Source: Candidatus Methylomirabilota bacterium (lineage in GTDB: Bacteria; Methylomirabilota; Methylomirabilia; Rokubacteriales; CSP1-6). From it: a stretch of 64,000 nt of DNA. A program made the position numbers and the translations under genes. Of the stretch, positions 27,301 to 36,283 are shown piece by piece. The stretch is taken from positions 4,787 to 68,786 of the forward strand of contig DATAOC010000046.1 in assembly GCA_036265915.1 (NCBI GenBank), given 5' to 3'. How positions within the stretch are numbered: the first letter of the stretch is position 1; each line of letters starts with the position of its first letter. Below the pieces are notes generated by a model. The model saw only the letters and a list, made by a program, of their open reading frames with translations. It was not told where the DNA came from and ran no database searches.

Positions 27301-27573
27301 GTGATCGCGACGGTGCTGGCGCTCGCGGCGCGTCCCGGTGTCGAGCCGCCGATGCCGTGGACGTGCCCGGAGAGTCATCCGATCAAGGGCTACGTCTCGC
27401 ACGAGTCGGGCCTGCGCATCTACTTCATGCCGGACAGCCCGTACTACGAGGAAGCGAGCCCGGAGCGCTGTTACGCGACCGAGGACGAGGCGCGCCAGGA
27501 CGGCAGCGCGCCCGCGCGCCGCGCCGAGCCCGTCGACGCGCGGCAGGGAGGCGAGGATGAGCGACAAGGTTGA
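27301..27573 (+). CDS. Small protein with sunset-domain-like motif
   Basis: 90 codons from the GTG at 27301, with high GC3. The motif HPIKGYVSHESGLRIYFMPDSPYYEEASPERCYATEDEARQDG resembles the IKGN...YH.PG..YY....CF..E.EA..AG sunset motif. The start is uncertain (Met18 at 27352 is possible). Confidence 0.5.
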   Translation: MIATVLALAARPGVEPPMPWTCPESHPIKGYVSHESGLRIYFMPDSPYYEEASPERCYATEDEARQDGSAPARRAEPVDARQGGEDERQG

Positions 27574-27907
27574 CACGGTCCGATCGTCGAGCAGTGGAAC
27601 CATCGGTCGCGCGCGCACGGCCGCGCGCGGGCAGACGCTGATCCTCGACTCCTCCACGCATCCGCAGCCCGATGCGCTGACGAACAGCGAGGCGTTCCTC
27701 GCCGGCGTGTCGTCGTGCGGCGTCACCCTCATCGAGGCGCACGCCCGGGACACCGGCGTCGCCCTCCGCGGGGTCGACGTCACCATCGAGGGCGTCCGCA
27801 CCGCGGCCGAGCCGAATCGCTTCAAGTCCGTCACGCTCACCTTTTCGCTCAGCGGCGTGAGCCAGGCGCAGGCGGAGGCGCTCGTGGAGACATATCGCCA
27901 GCGCTGA
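27557..27907 (+). CDS. OsmC-family protein (short)
   Basis: The ATG at 27557 is preceded by GGGAGG. 116 aa with OsmC/Ohr-like sequence (AFLAGVSSCGVTLIE...VTLTFSL). Only one Cys is seen. Confidence 0.6.
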   Translation: MSDKVDTVRSSSSGTIGRARTAARGQTLILDSSTHPQPDALTNSEAFLAGVSSCGVTLIEAHARDTGVALRGVDVTIEGVRTAAEPNRFKSVTLTFSLSGVSQAQAEALVETYRQR

Positions 27908-27973
27908 CCGCTCTATCGCACGGTCGCGGGCGCGACCGACGTGGCAGTGAAGGTCCTGACGGTCTGAGGGAGA

Positions 27974-28630
27974 GTGGCGAAGGTCTACGTCGTCACGGCG
28001 CCGGACCGCATCCGCGGCGTCTACGAGACGTGGGCCGCCTGCGAGGCCGCCGTCAAGGGCGTGCCGGGCGCGCGCTACCAGGCGGTCGGCAGCCGCGCGC
28101 AGGCGGAGGCGATGCTGCGCGGCGAGGGCACGGCGCTCGAGAGCGGCCTTTACGCGTTCGTCGACGGCAATCACCACGGCGGCGTCGGCGTCGTCATCGT
28201 GCAGGGCGGCGGCGAGGACCCGGCGGTGCTCGACGAGGCGTCGATGACCGTGACCCAGGTATTCGCGGGCGGGGCCGTGCGCGCACTCGCGGAGCCGGCC
28301 GCCATCGCGGCGGCGCTGGCGCGGCTGCGCAACGTGCTGGCCGAGCTGGCCGCCCTCTACCTGGCGCTGCGACTGCTGCCCGAGCGCGCGCGCGTCACGA
28401 TCGTGCACGACTACGAGGGCCTCGGCGCCTGGATGACCGGGCGCTGGAAGACGCGCGACGCCACGGTGGCGGAGGTCGTGGCGGCGTGCGCGGAGCTCGC
28501 AGCGCGCCGCGGCCTCACGCTGACGTTCCGCCACCAGCGGGGCCATCAGGCGGCGTGGGCCGGCCGCGACGACTACGCGCAGCTCAACGCGCGCGCCGAT
28601 GCGCTCGCGACGGACGCCGCACGTGGCTGA
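27974..28630 (+). CDS. RNase H-fold protein with N-terminal RNase H1-type hybrid-binding domain
   Basis: 218 aa from the GTG at 27974. The N-terminus (KVYVV...RGVYETWAACEAAVKGVPGARYQAVGSRAQAEAML) looks like a hybrid-binding domain. The DEDD-like set is AFVDGN, NVLAELAAL, IVHDYEGL and NARADALA. Confidence 0.7.
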   Translation: MAKVYVVTAPDRIRGVYETWAACEAAVKGVPGARYQAVGSRAQAEAMLRGEGTALESGLYAFVDGNHHGGVGVVIVQGGGEDPAVLDEASMTVTQVFAGGAVRALAEPAAIAAALARLRNVLAELAALYLALRLLPERARVTIVHDYEGLGAWMTGRWKTRDATVAEVVAACAELAARRGLTLTFRHQRGHQAAWAGRDDYAQLNARADALATDAARG

Positions 28631-28702
28631 GCGCGTTCGTCGACCGGCCGCGGGCGCAGCGGGCGCCGCCGGCCGGCGGTATGCTGCGAGCAGGAGGCGC
28701 CG

Positions 28703-30115
28703 ATGACGGCCCGGAACACTCGCATCGAGAAGGACGCGCTCGGTCCGGTGGAAGTCGACGCCCGGCGGCTGTGGGGCGCCCAGACGGAGCGCTCGCGACG
28801 CAACTTCGTGATCGGCGCGGGCCGCTTTCGCTGGGGACGTCCGGTGATCCGCGCCTTCGGCCTGATCAAGAAGGCCGCCGCGCTGGCCAACGAGGAGCTG
28901 GGCCAGCTGCCAGCGGCGAAGGCCCAGCTGATCGCGCGCGCCGCCGACGAGGTCGTCGCCGGGCAGTGGGACGACGAGTTCCCGCTCGTGGTGTTCCAGA
29001 CGGGCTCCGGCACGCAGTCCAACATGAACGCGAACGAGGTCATCGCCAACCGTGCCGCGCAGCTGGGCGGCGGGCAGGCGGGTGACAAGAGCCGCATCCA
29101 CCCCAACGACGACGTCAACATGAGCCAGTCGTCCAACGACGTGTTCCCGGCCGTCATGCACGTCGCGACCGTCGAGCAGCTCGAGGACACGCTCGTGCCA
29201 GCCGTGCGAGCGCTGCGCGACACGCTCGACGCCAAGGCGCGCGCGTACGCGGACGTGGTCATGATCGGCCGCACGCACTTGCAAGACGCGACGCCACTCA
29301 CGCTGGGGCAGGCGATCTCCGGCTGGGTGGCGCAGCTCGACGACGCGCTGGACGGCGTGCGGTGGGCGGCGGGCCGTCTCACCGGCCTGGCCCTCGGCGG
29401 CACCGCGGTCGGCACCGGCCTCAACGCCCACCCGCGCTTCGGCGAGGTGGTCGCGCGCAAGCTCGCGGAGGCGACCGGCAAGCCCTTCGTCTCGGCCCGG
29501 AACAAGTTCGCTGCGCTCTCCGCGCACGACGCGATCGTGGATGCCAGCGCGGTCCTCCGCACGCTTGCCGGAGCGCTCATGAAGATCGCCAACGACGTCC
29601 GCTGGCACGCCTCGGGACCGCGCGCCGGGCTGGGCGAGCTGCGCATTCCCGAGAACGAGCCGGGCTCGTCCATCATGCCGGGCAAGATCAACCCCACGCA
29701 GGCCGAGGCCCTGACCATGGTCGCCGTGCAGGTGTTCGGCAACGACACGGCGGTGGCCCTGGCCGGGTCGCAGGGCAACTTCCAGCTCAACGTCTACAAG
29801 CCGGTGATGCTGCACAACGTGCTGGAGTCGATCGCGCTGCTCGCCGACGCCGTGCATTCCTTCGACGAGCACTGCGCGCGCGGCCTCGAGCCGGACACGG
29901 CGCGCATTCGCCGCCACGTCGACGAGTCGCTCATGCTCGTGACCGCGCTCACGCCGCACATCGGCTACGAGAAGGCCGCGCAGATCGCGCTGGCCGCACA
30001 TCGCGAGGGGACGAGCCTGCGCGACGCCGCGCTCAAGCTCGGCTTCGTGACCGGCGATGACTACGACCGCTGGGTGCGCCCGGAGGACATGACGCACCCG
30101 CTGGGAGGGGCGTGA
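28703..30115 (+). CDS. fumC: Class II fumarate hydratase
   Basis: 470 aa with signature [13 protein letters not shown]. Colinear with FumC from end to end. Confidence 0.95.
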   Translation: MTARNTRIEKDALGPVEVDARRLWGAQTERSRRNFVIGAGRFRWGRPVIRAFGLIKKAAALANEELGQLPAAKAQLIARAADEVVAGQWDDEFPLVVFQTGSGTQSNMNANEVIANRAAQLGGGQAGDKSRIHPNDDVNMSQSSNDVFPAVMHVATVEQLEDTLVPAVRALRDTLDAKARAYADVVMIGRTHLQDATPLTLGQAISGWVAQLDDALDGVRWAAGRLTGLALGGTAVGTGLNAHPRFGEVVARKLAEATGKPFVSARNKFAALSAHDAIVDASAVLRTLAGALMKIANDVRWHASGPRAGLGELRIPENEPGSSIMPGKINPTQAEALTMVAVQVFGNDTAVALAGSQGNFQLNVYKPVMLHNVLESIALLADAVHSFDEHCARGLEPDTARIRRHVDESLMLVTALTPHIGYEKAAQIALAAHREGTSLRDAALKLGFVTGDDYDRWVRPEDMTHPLGGA

Positions 30116-30729
30116 TGACGCAGCAGACGGTCGGTGTGCTGCTCTTCCCCGAGTTCGAGCTGCTCGACGTCTTCGGACCGCTCGAGGCCTTCGGCCAGGC
30201 GCGGGATTTCTTCCGCGTGCTCACGGTGGCCGAGCACGCGGGCCCGGTGGCGAGCGCGCAGGGACCACGGGCGATTGCCGACCACGGCCTCGACGACTGT
30301 CCGCCGCTCGACATCCTGCTCGTGCCCGGCGGCATGGGCACGCGGCGGGAGGTCGGCAACCGCACGCTGCTGGACTGGATCGCGCGGCAGGCGCGGCGCA
30401 CGCCGACCACGACGTCGGTGTGCACGGGCTCGGCGCTCCTTGCGAAGGCCGGCGTGCTGGACGGCCGGCGCGCCACGTCGAACAAGCGGGCGTTCGCCTG
30501 GGTCATGGAGCAGGGGCCGAAGGTGGACTGGGTACGCCAGGCGCGCTGGGTCGAAGACGGCAACGTCGTCACGTCGTCCGGGGTGTCGGCCGGTATCGAC
30601 ATGGCGCTGCACCTGATCGGCCGCCTGGCGGGCGCCGGCGTGCGCGACGAGGTGGCGACGCGCATGGAGTACGTCTGGCACGACGACGCGGCGAACGACC
30701 CGTTCGCGCGCGTGTGGGGGCTCGTCTAG
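30112..30729 (+). CDS. DJ-1/PfpI family protein
   Basis: 205 aa. The GTG at 30112 (or ATG at 30115) overlaps the fumC stop. Nucleophile elbow [11 protein letters not shown]. Confidence 0.85.
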   Translation: MMTQQTVGVLLFPEFELLDVFGPLEAFGQARDFFRVLTVAEHAGPVASAQGPRAIADHGLDDCPPLDILLVPGGMGTRREVGNRTLLDWIARQARRTPTTTSVCTGSALLAKAGVLDGRRATSNKRAFAWVMEQGPKVDWVRQARWVEDGNVVTSSGVSAGIDMALHLIGRLAGAGVRDEVATRMEYVWHDDAANDPFARVWGLV

Positions 30730-31679
30730 GGCGCGTTCACGACGTGCATGCGCTCACCGCGCGCGAACGCCTCCACCGTCGCGATCGAGATGCGCAGCAT
30801 GTTCGCCGAGGCCTCCGTGGTGTTGTAGCCGATGTGCGGTGTCAGGAGGACGTTGGGCAGCGAGGCCATCGGATGCGGCACCGGCGTCGGCTCGGTCTCG
30901 TGCACGTCGAAGGCGGCGCCGCGGATCCTGCCGGCCGCGAGCAGCTCTATCAGCGCGGCGTTGTCGACGAGCCGCGCCCGCGCCGTGTTGATCAGCCACG
31001 CGCTCGGGCGCAGGCGCGCCAGCAGCGCGCGCGAGACGAGGCCCTCGGTCTCGCGCGAGTACGCGAGATGCAGGGACACGACATCGGCGCGCTCGAAGAG
31101 CGCCTCGAGCGACGCGGGCTCGACGCCCGCCGGCGCGCGGCCGGCGGACGCGCGGCGGGTCCAGGCGATGACGCGCATGCCGATGCCCATCCCGAGCCGC
31201 GCCATCTCGACGCCGATCGGCCCGAGCCCCACCACACCGAGGATCTTGCCCCGCAGCTCGATGCCGTTGAAGCGCCCGGGCTCCCAGCGGCCCTCGCGAA
31301 GGCTGCGGTCGGCGGCGGCCACGTGACGCGTGAGCGCCAGCATCATGGCGAGCGTGTGCTCGGCCACCGACGTCGCGCCGTAGTCGGGCGTGTTCGCGAC
31401 CAGGATGCCCTGACGAGTGGCGGCGTCGACGTCGATGTAGCTGGCGTAGCCGATCCCGAGAAAGCTGATGAAGCGCAGCCGCGGACACGCGCGCAGCACC
31501 TCGGCATCCATGGAGGAATAGTCGAGGATGACCACGTCGGCGTCGCGGACGCGCGCGATCAGCGCGCCACGATCACGCGGGGGCCCGTCGTGGAAGTCGA
31601 CGGCGCCGAGGCGCCGCAACGGCTCGAGCTCGCCGGGTGATTGCACGCAGCCGGCGCCATCGGGAAAGACGATCCGCAC
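30726..31679 (-). CDS. D-isomer-specific 2-hydroxyacid dehydrogenase family protein
   Basis: 317 aa with NAD motif VGLGPIGVEMAR and C-terminal LTPHIG. Confidence 0.9.
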   Translation of the reverse strand: MRIVFPDGAGCVQSPGELEPLRRLGAVDFHDGPPRDRGALIARVRDADVVILDYSSMDAEVLRACPRLRFISFLGIGYASYIDVDAATRQGILVANTPDYGATSVAEHTLAMMLALTRHVAAADRSLREGRWEPGRFNGIELRGKILGVVGLGPIGVEMARLGMGIGMRVIAWTRRASAGRAPAGVEPASLEALFERADVVSLHLAYSRETEGLVSRALLARLRPSAWLINTARARLVDNAALIELLAAGRIRGAAFDVHETEPTPVPHPMASLPNVLLTPHIGYNTTEASANMLRISIATVEAFARGERMHVVNAP

Positions 31680-31724
31680 CGGGGGATGATACCGCGTCGC
31701 CGCCGGCGCGCGCCTGCGACGCTG

Positions 31725-32198
31725 CTAGCGCGGCTGACGCGTGAGCTCGGCCGGTCCGCGCGGCCCCCAGCGGAAGCTGGAATCGCCGCTGCCCTGCAGC
31801 TGGTTCTCCGCCACCCTCGCAAGCGTCAGTCGCTGCGTGCCGTCGGGCGTCTCGCTCTGCACGACGAGCACGAGCCGGCCGCGGGCGTCGCTGCCGAGCC
31901 AGCCCTGGGCGCGCGACGACACCGCCGCCCCGGAGATCCAGCTCGTGAGCACGCCGGTGACGCCGGGACGCCGACCGCCGAGCAGCTCGTAGTTCCCGAG
32001 GTACACCCCGGACGTCCCCACCTCGATGGGCTCGGGGGTCAGCAGAAGCGCCACGGGTCCGCCTCCCCACGTGCCGCGCCAGGTGCCGGCAAGATCGGGA
32101 GCCGAAGCGACTTGCGACGACGGCGGCGGTGGCAGCGGCGCCTGCACCGCACAGGCGGTCAGGAAGACAGCGGCGAGCAGGATGCCGGCCCAGCGCAT
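31725..32198 (-). CDS. Hypothetical lipoprotein
   Basis: 157 aa with leader MRWAGILLAAVFLTAC (lipobox). No recognisable domain. Confidence 0.6.
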   Translation of the reverse strand: MRWAGILLAAVFLTACAVQAPLPPPPSSQVASAPDLAGTWRGTWGGGPVALLLTPEPIEVGTSGVYLGNYELLGGRRPGVTGVLTSWISGAAVSSRAQGWLGSDARGRLVLVVQSETPDGTQRLTLARVAENQLQGSGDSSFRWGPRGPAELTRQPR

Positions 32199-32268
32199 GG
32201 CTCAATTATTCCACGACTTCGACCCGATGCACGGTCATGGCGGCATGCGGGGTGCAACACGCAGCCCC

Positions 32269-32718
32269 ATGGTCACCGTGGCGCTGTTCGGGGCGGACGA
32301 GGATAGCGTCCTCGTGCGCCTCGGCCTCCGCGAGGCGGGACTCGCCGCGACCGGCGCGTACGTGCAGGAGGTGCAATCCGGCGACGTCGACCTGGCCGAG
32401 TTCCTCGGCCGCGCCCGCCCGGACGTGGTCATCTACGATTTCGTGCAGCCCGCCGCACGTAGCCTGCGCTGGCTGCGAAAGCTCGAGCAGGTCTGCGAGG
32501 CACAGCAGATCCCGTGCGTGCTGACCGTTCGCGACGTGCGCGACCTGCATCACGTGGTCGTGGGCTGGGCCGCCTGCATCCTCATCCGCCCGTACGACGC
32601 CGAGATGGCCCGCCTCGCGATCCGTGAAGCGATCAGCGCGGACGACGACGACCACGTCGACGACGAGGTGGACGCGCGCGACGAGGTCGAGGGCGACGAC
32701 GACGAGGCAGCCGCCTGA
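32269..32718 (+). CDS. Hypothetical receiver-like (degenerate CheY-fold) protein with acidic C-terminal tail
   Basis: Part of ORF 32026..32718. The start is uncertain (Met candidates at 32197, 32227, 32245 and 32269). The pattern VALFGADED...DVVIYDF...CVLTV...ILIRPYD resembles a receiver fold. The tail is DDDDHVDDEVDARDEVEGDDDEAAA. Confidence 0.5.
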   Translation: MVTVALFGADEDSVLVRLGLREAGLAATGAYVQEVQSGDVDLAEFLGRARPDVVIYDFVQPAARSLRWLRKLEQVCEAQQIPCVLTVRDVRDLHHVVVGWAACILIRPYDAEMARLAIREAISADDDDHVDDEVDARDEVEGDDDEAAA

Positions 32719-32767
32719 AGTGTAGAAAAAGCTACGAATTCGCGGGCCGAGCCGCTAACGTGTGCCC

Positions 32768-33895
32768 ATGCGCGGCCGCCTCGCCGGACCGATGTTCGCC
32801 GTGCTCGCGCTGGTGTCGGTGGCCGACGCCGGCGAGCCCACCGAGCGGCTTCGCGCGCTGTTCGAGCAGGCCAATCACGTCCTGACGTCGCCCGACGAGG
32901 GGCGCGGCTTCGACGAGCGACTGTCCGCCATCCGCGCGCTCGTCGGCGAGCTCTTCGATGCGCGGGAAGCGGCCGCCGCCGCCCTGGGGCGGGAGTGGCA
33001 GGCGCGGACGGCGGCTCAGCGCGCCGAGTTTGCGCGTCTGTATGCCGAGCTGGTCGAGCGCGCATACCTTGCCTGGGTCGGCGGCCGGGCCCGGCTGCAC
33101 GGCGACGGCGTGCGGGTGGCGTTCGTGTCCGAGTCGACGAAGGGCGAGACGTCCAGCGTCGTCACGACGCTCAGCACGCGCGGCGCCGGCGAGGTGCCCG
33201 TCGAGTACCGCATGCGACGCCGCGAGGGGCGCTGGCTGGTGCAGGACGTCGTCGTCGACGGACTGAGCGTCGCCGACAGCTACCGCGTCCAGTTCCAGCG
33301 CGTCCTGCACAGCGGGGGCTACGGCGAGCTCATGGCCCGCATCCAGGAGAAGTTCTCGGCGTCGGCGCTGGCCGAGCCGCCCGCGCCGCTGCGCGTGGCG
33401 AGCGTCAACCCCGTCTCCGACGCGCCGGCCGTCGAGGCCAGCGCGGCGACCACGGCCGCGGTGTCGACCGCGCTGAGCATCGCCAGCTCTCCGAGCGCGG
33501 CGATCGCCCCGAGCGCCGCGACACCCACGCCGCCGCCGGCGCCGCGGACCCCGTCGCCGGCGACAGCGGTGGCCGTCACGTCCCCCGCGGCGCCGGCAGC
33601 ACGCGGCTCGGTGCCGTCACCGCTCGAGTCGGTGGGCCGCGCGACGAGTCCGAGTCCGCCGGGGTCGACTCCGAAGGCGTTCTGGCTCCAGCTGGGCGCC
33701 TTCCGCGACACCGACGCGGTGACCCGGCTGGTCGAGCGCCTGCGCGATCGCCAGGTGACCGTGACGACTGGCGGGCCGCGGACCGCGCCGCTGACGCGCG
33801 TGCTCCTCGGGCCCTTCGTCGACCGTGCCGCTGCCGCCGCCGCGCTCCGTCAGCTCGCCGCCGCCGGGTACCGCGCCATCATCGCTCTCGAGTAG
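32768..33895 (+). CDS. MlaC/Ttg2D-like phospholipid-binding protein fused to C-terminal SPOR domain
   Basis: Signal peptide, then an MlaC-like block (LFDAREAAAAALGREWQARTAAQRAEF...RWLVQDVVVDGLSVADSYRVQFQRVL). An Ala/Pro/Ser linker of about 105 aa follows. The SPOR-like block is FWLQLGAFRDTDAVTRLVERL...RVLLGPF...AAGYRAII. An alternative GTG start lies at 32762. Confidence 0.8.
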   Translation: MRGRLAGPMFAVLALVSVADAGEPTERLRALFEQANHVLTSPDEGRGFDERLSAIRALVGELFDAREAAAAALGREWQARTAAQRAEFARLYAELVERAYLAWVGGRARLHGDGVRVAFVSESTKGETSSVVTTLSTRGAGEVPVEYRMRRREGRWLVQDVVVDGLSVADSYRVQFQRVLHSGGYGELMARIQEKFSASALAEPPAPLRVASVNPVSDAPAVEASAATTAAVSTALSIASSPSAAIAPSAATPTPPPAPRTPSPATAVAVTSPAAPAARGSVPSPLESVGRATSPSPPGSTPKAFWLQLGAFRDTDAVTRLVERLRDRQVTVTTGGPRTAPLTRVLLGPFVDRAAAAAALRQLAAAGYRAIIALE

Positions 33896-33910
33896 CACGC
33901 CGCCGCCCGG

Positions 33911-35026
33911 ATGCTTCGCGAGGTCGTCACGCTCTTCTTGAAGCTCGGCGTGATCGGCTTCGGCGGGCCCGCGGCCCACATCGCGCTCATGCGGGACGAG
34001 GTCGTGCGCCGGCGCCGCTGGGTCGACGACGCCCGGTTCCTGGACCTGCTCGGGATGACGAATCTCATTCCGGGGCCCAACTCCACCGAGATGGCGATTC
34101 ACCTCGGGTACGTGCGCGCGGGCTGGCCGGGCCTGCTGCTCGGCGGAGCCGCGTTCATCGTGCCCGCCATGATCACCGTGCTCGCGCTCGCCTGGGCCTA
34201 CGTGGCCTACGGCGCGCGCCCCGAAGCGTCGGCGGCGCTGTACGGCATCAAGCCGGTGATCATCGCCATCGTCCTGCACGCGGCGTGGGCGCTGACGCGG
34301 ACGGCGGTGAAGACCGCGCTGCTCGGCGTGGTGGCGGTCGTCAGCATCGCACTGTACGCGGCCGGCGCGCACGAGCTGGCGATCCTGCTCGGCGCCGGCG
34401 GCGTCACCGCGCTGGCCCGCGCGGCGCCGCGACGTGACGTCGCGGCGCTCCTGCTGCAGCTGCCAGCGACGGGCGGCGCCGCAGTGGCCGTGTCCGGGGG
34501 CGTGTCGCTGGGGGCGCTGTGCCTCGTGTTCCTCAAGATCGGGGCGGTTCTCTATGGCAGCGGGTACGTGCTGCTCGCTTTCTTGCGCAGCGACCTGGTC
34601 GAGCGATATCACTGGCTCAGCGACCGCCAGCTGCTGGACGCGGTCGCCATCGGCCAGTTCACGCCGGGACCCGTCTTCACGACGGCGACGTTCATCGGAT
34701 ATGTGCTGGCGGGATGGGTGGGCGGCGTGCTCGCCACCATCGCCATCTTTCTACCCTCCTTCGTGTTCGTCGCGCTCAGCCAGCCGCTCGTTCCGTGGAT
34801 CCGCCGGTCCGCCGGCGCCGCCGCGTTCCTCGACGGCGTCAACGCCGCTGCGCTCGGCCTCATGCTCGCCGTGACCGGCCAGCTGGCGCGCGCGGCCGTC
34901 GTCGATGCGCCCACACTGGCGCTCGGCGTCATCGCGCTCCTTCTCCTCCTGCGGTTCCGCGTGAACTCCGCGTGGCTCGTCGCCGGCGGCGCCGCCATCG
35001 GTCTCGCCCTCCACGGACGCGGGTGA
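33911..35026 (+). CDS. chrA: Chromate transporter (CHR family)
   Basis: 371 aa with N-terminus FLKLGVIGFGGPAAHIALMRDEVV...LIPGPNSTEMA and a repeated second half (AIGQFTPGPVFTTATFIGY). Confidence 0.9.
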   Translation: MLREVVTLFLKLGVIGFGGPAAHIALMRDEVVRRRRWVDDARFLDLLGMTNLIPGPNSTEMAIHLGYVRAGWPGLLLGGAAFIVPAMITVLALAWAYVAYGARPEASAALYGIKPVIIAIVLHAAWALTRTAVKTALLGVVAVVSIALYAAGAHELAILLGAGGVTALARAAPRRDVAALLLQLPATGGAAVAVSGGVSLGALCLVFLKIGAVLYGSGYVLLAFLRSDLVERYHWLSDRQLLDAVAIGQFTPGPVFTTATFIGYVLAGWVGGVLATIAIFLPSFVFVALSQPLVPWIRRSAGAAAFLDGVNAAALGLMLAVTGQLARAAVVDAPTLALGVIALLLLLRFRVNSAWLVAGGAAIGLALHGRG

Positions 35027-35111
35027 CGATGCAGCGGGTTGACAGCCGCGCGGTGCGCCGACGATAGTTCGCTCGCCGGTCCGTGTGCCGGCGACCTCGA
35101 GGGGGAGCCAG

Positions 35112-35483
35112 GTGGAGCGCGCATTCTTCGTGATTGGCTGCGTGTCGGCCGCGGTGGCGGTGGCGCTCGGGGCCTTCGGCGCCCATGGCCTGCGGCAGCG
35201 CCTCGTGCCCGACATGCTGACGACGTTCGAGGTCGGCGTCCGCTACCACATGTACCACGCCCTCGCGCTCATCGGCGTCGCGCTGGCGCTCGGGCGATGG
35301 CCGCTGCCTGCGCTCGTCGTCGCCGGCTGGCTGTTCGTCGCCGGCACGCTCGTCTTCTCCGGCACGCTGTACTTGCTGGCGGTCACGGGCCAGCGCTGGC
35401 TCGGCGCGGTCACGCCACTGGGCGGGCTGGCGCTCATCGCGGGCTGGGTCGCGCTCGCCTGGGGCGCGTGGACACGGCCCTGA
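35112..35483 (+). CDS. DUF423 (YgdD/TMEM256-like) membrane protein
   Basis: The GTG at 35112 is preceded by GGGGGAG. 123 aa, four hydrophobic segments, ALGAFGAHGL motif. Confidence 0.75.
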   Translation: MERAFFVIGCVSAAVAVALGAFGAHGLRQRLVPDMLTTFEVGVRYHMYHALALIGVALALGRWPLPALVVAGWLFVAGTLVFSGTLYLLAVTGQRWLGAVTPLGGLALIAGWVALAWGAWTRP

Positions 35484-36052
35484 AGCGCTGTCCGTGGGCC
35501 GCGGGCCAGGCGATGGCGCGCTATCACGACCGCGAGTGGGGCGTGCCGCTGCACGACGATCGCCGGCTCTTCGAGTTCCTGATCCTCGAGGGCGCCCAGG
35601 CCGGGTTGAGCTGGTCGACCATCCTCAACAAGCGCGCGGCGTACCGCCGCGCGTTCGCCCGCTTCGAGGTACGCGCGGTCGCCCGCTTCACGGCCGCACG
35701 GCAGCGTGCGCTGCTGCGCGATGTCGGCATCGTCCGCAACCGCGCGAAGATCGCCGCCGCCGTCGACAACGCGCGCGCGTTCCTGGCCGTGCAGCGCGAG
35801 CACGGCTCGTTCGACGCGTACGTGTGGCGGTTCGTCGGCGGCCGACCACGGCAGAACCGCTGGCGCACGCCGGCCGAGGTGCCGGCCGTGAGCGACGTCG
35901 CGGACACGCTGAGCCGGGATCTTCGCGCGCGCGGCTTCCGGTTCGTGGGGCCGACCATCTGCTATGCGTTCATGCAGGCGACCGGCATGGTCAACGACCA
36001 TCTCGTCGGCTGCTTCCGTCGCCGCGAGGTCGAGCGGCTCGGCGCGTCGTGA
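35468..36052 (+). CDS. tag: DNA-3-methyladenine glycosylase I
   Basis: GTG at 35468 (VDTALKRCPWA...YHDREWGVP), 194 aa, colinear with Tag. It overlaps the DUF423 gene by 16 nt. Confidence 0.9.
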   Translation: MDTALKRCPWAAGQAMARYHDREWGVPLHDDRRLFEFLILEGAQAGLSWSTILNKRAAYRRAFARFEVRAVARFTAARQRALLRDVGIVRNRAKIAAAVDNARAFLAVQREHGSFDAYVWRFVGGRPRQNRWRTPAEVPAVSDVADTLSRDLRARGFRFVGPTICYAFMQATGMVNDHLVGCFRRREVERLGAS

Positions 36053-36085
36053 TAGGCTCTCAGCACCATCTCGGGAGGACAGCAC

Positions 36086-36271
36086 ATGCCGAACATCACG
36101 GTGCAGTGGTACGCGGGACGGACGGACCAGCAGAAGCGTGAGCTGACGAAGGCGATCACCGAGGCGATGGTGAAGATCGGCAAGACGTCCGCCGACCAGG
36201 TGCACATCGTCTTCCAGGATGTCGAGAAGTCGAACTGGGGGCACAACGGCAAGCTGGCGAGCGACGGCTGA
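36086..36271 (+). CDS. 4-oxalocrotonate tautomerase family protein
   Basis: 61 aa. The N-terminus is MPNITV, with Pro1 after Met removal. Confidence 0.85.
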   Translation: MPNITVQWYAGRTDQQKRELTKAITEAMVKIGKTSADQVHIVFQDVEKSNWGHNGKLASDG

Positions 36272-36283
36272 GGCGACGCGGCG

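Noticed and set aside
32640-32715. GAC/GAG-rich tract, the GGC-AAC repeats near 43270..43300, and the Ala/Pro/Ser-coding tract at 33356..33670, considered as possible tandem DNA repeats or CRISPR-like structure.
   Set aside because: All lie inside coding frames: an acidic tail, the EncFtn Gly/Asn linker and the MlaC-SPOR linker. None has repeat-spacer periodicity. No CRISPR array is present in the window.
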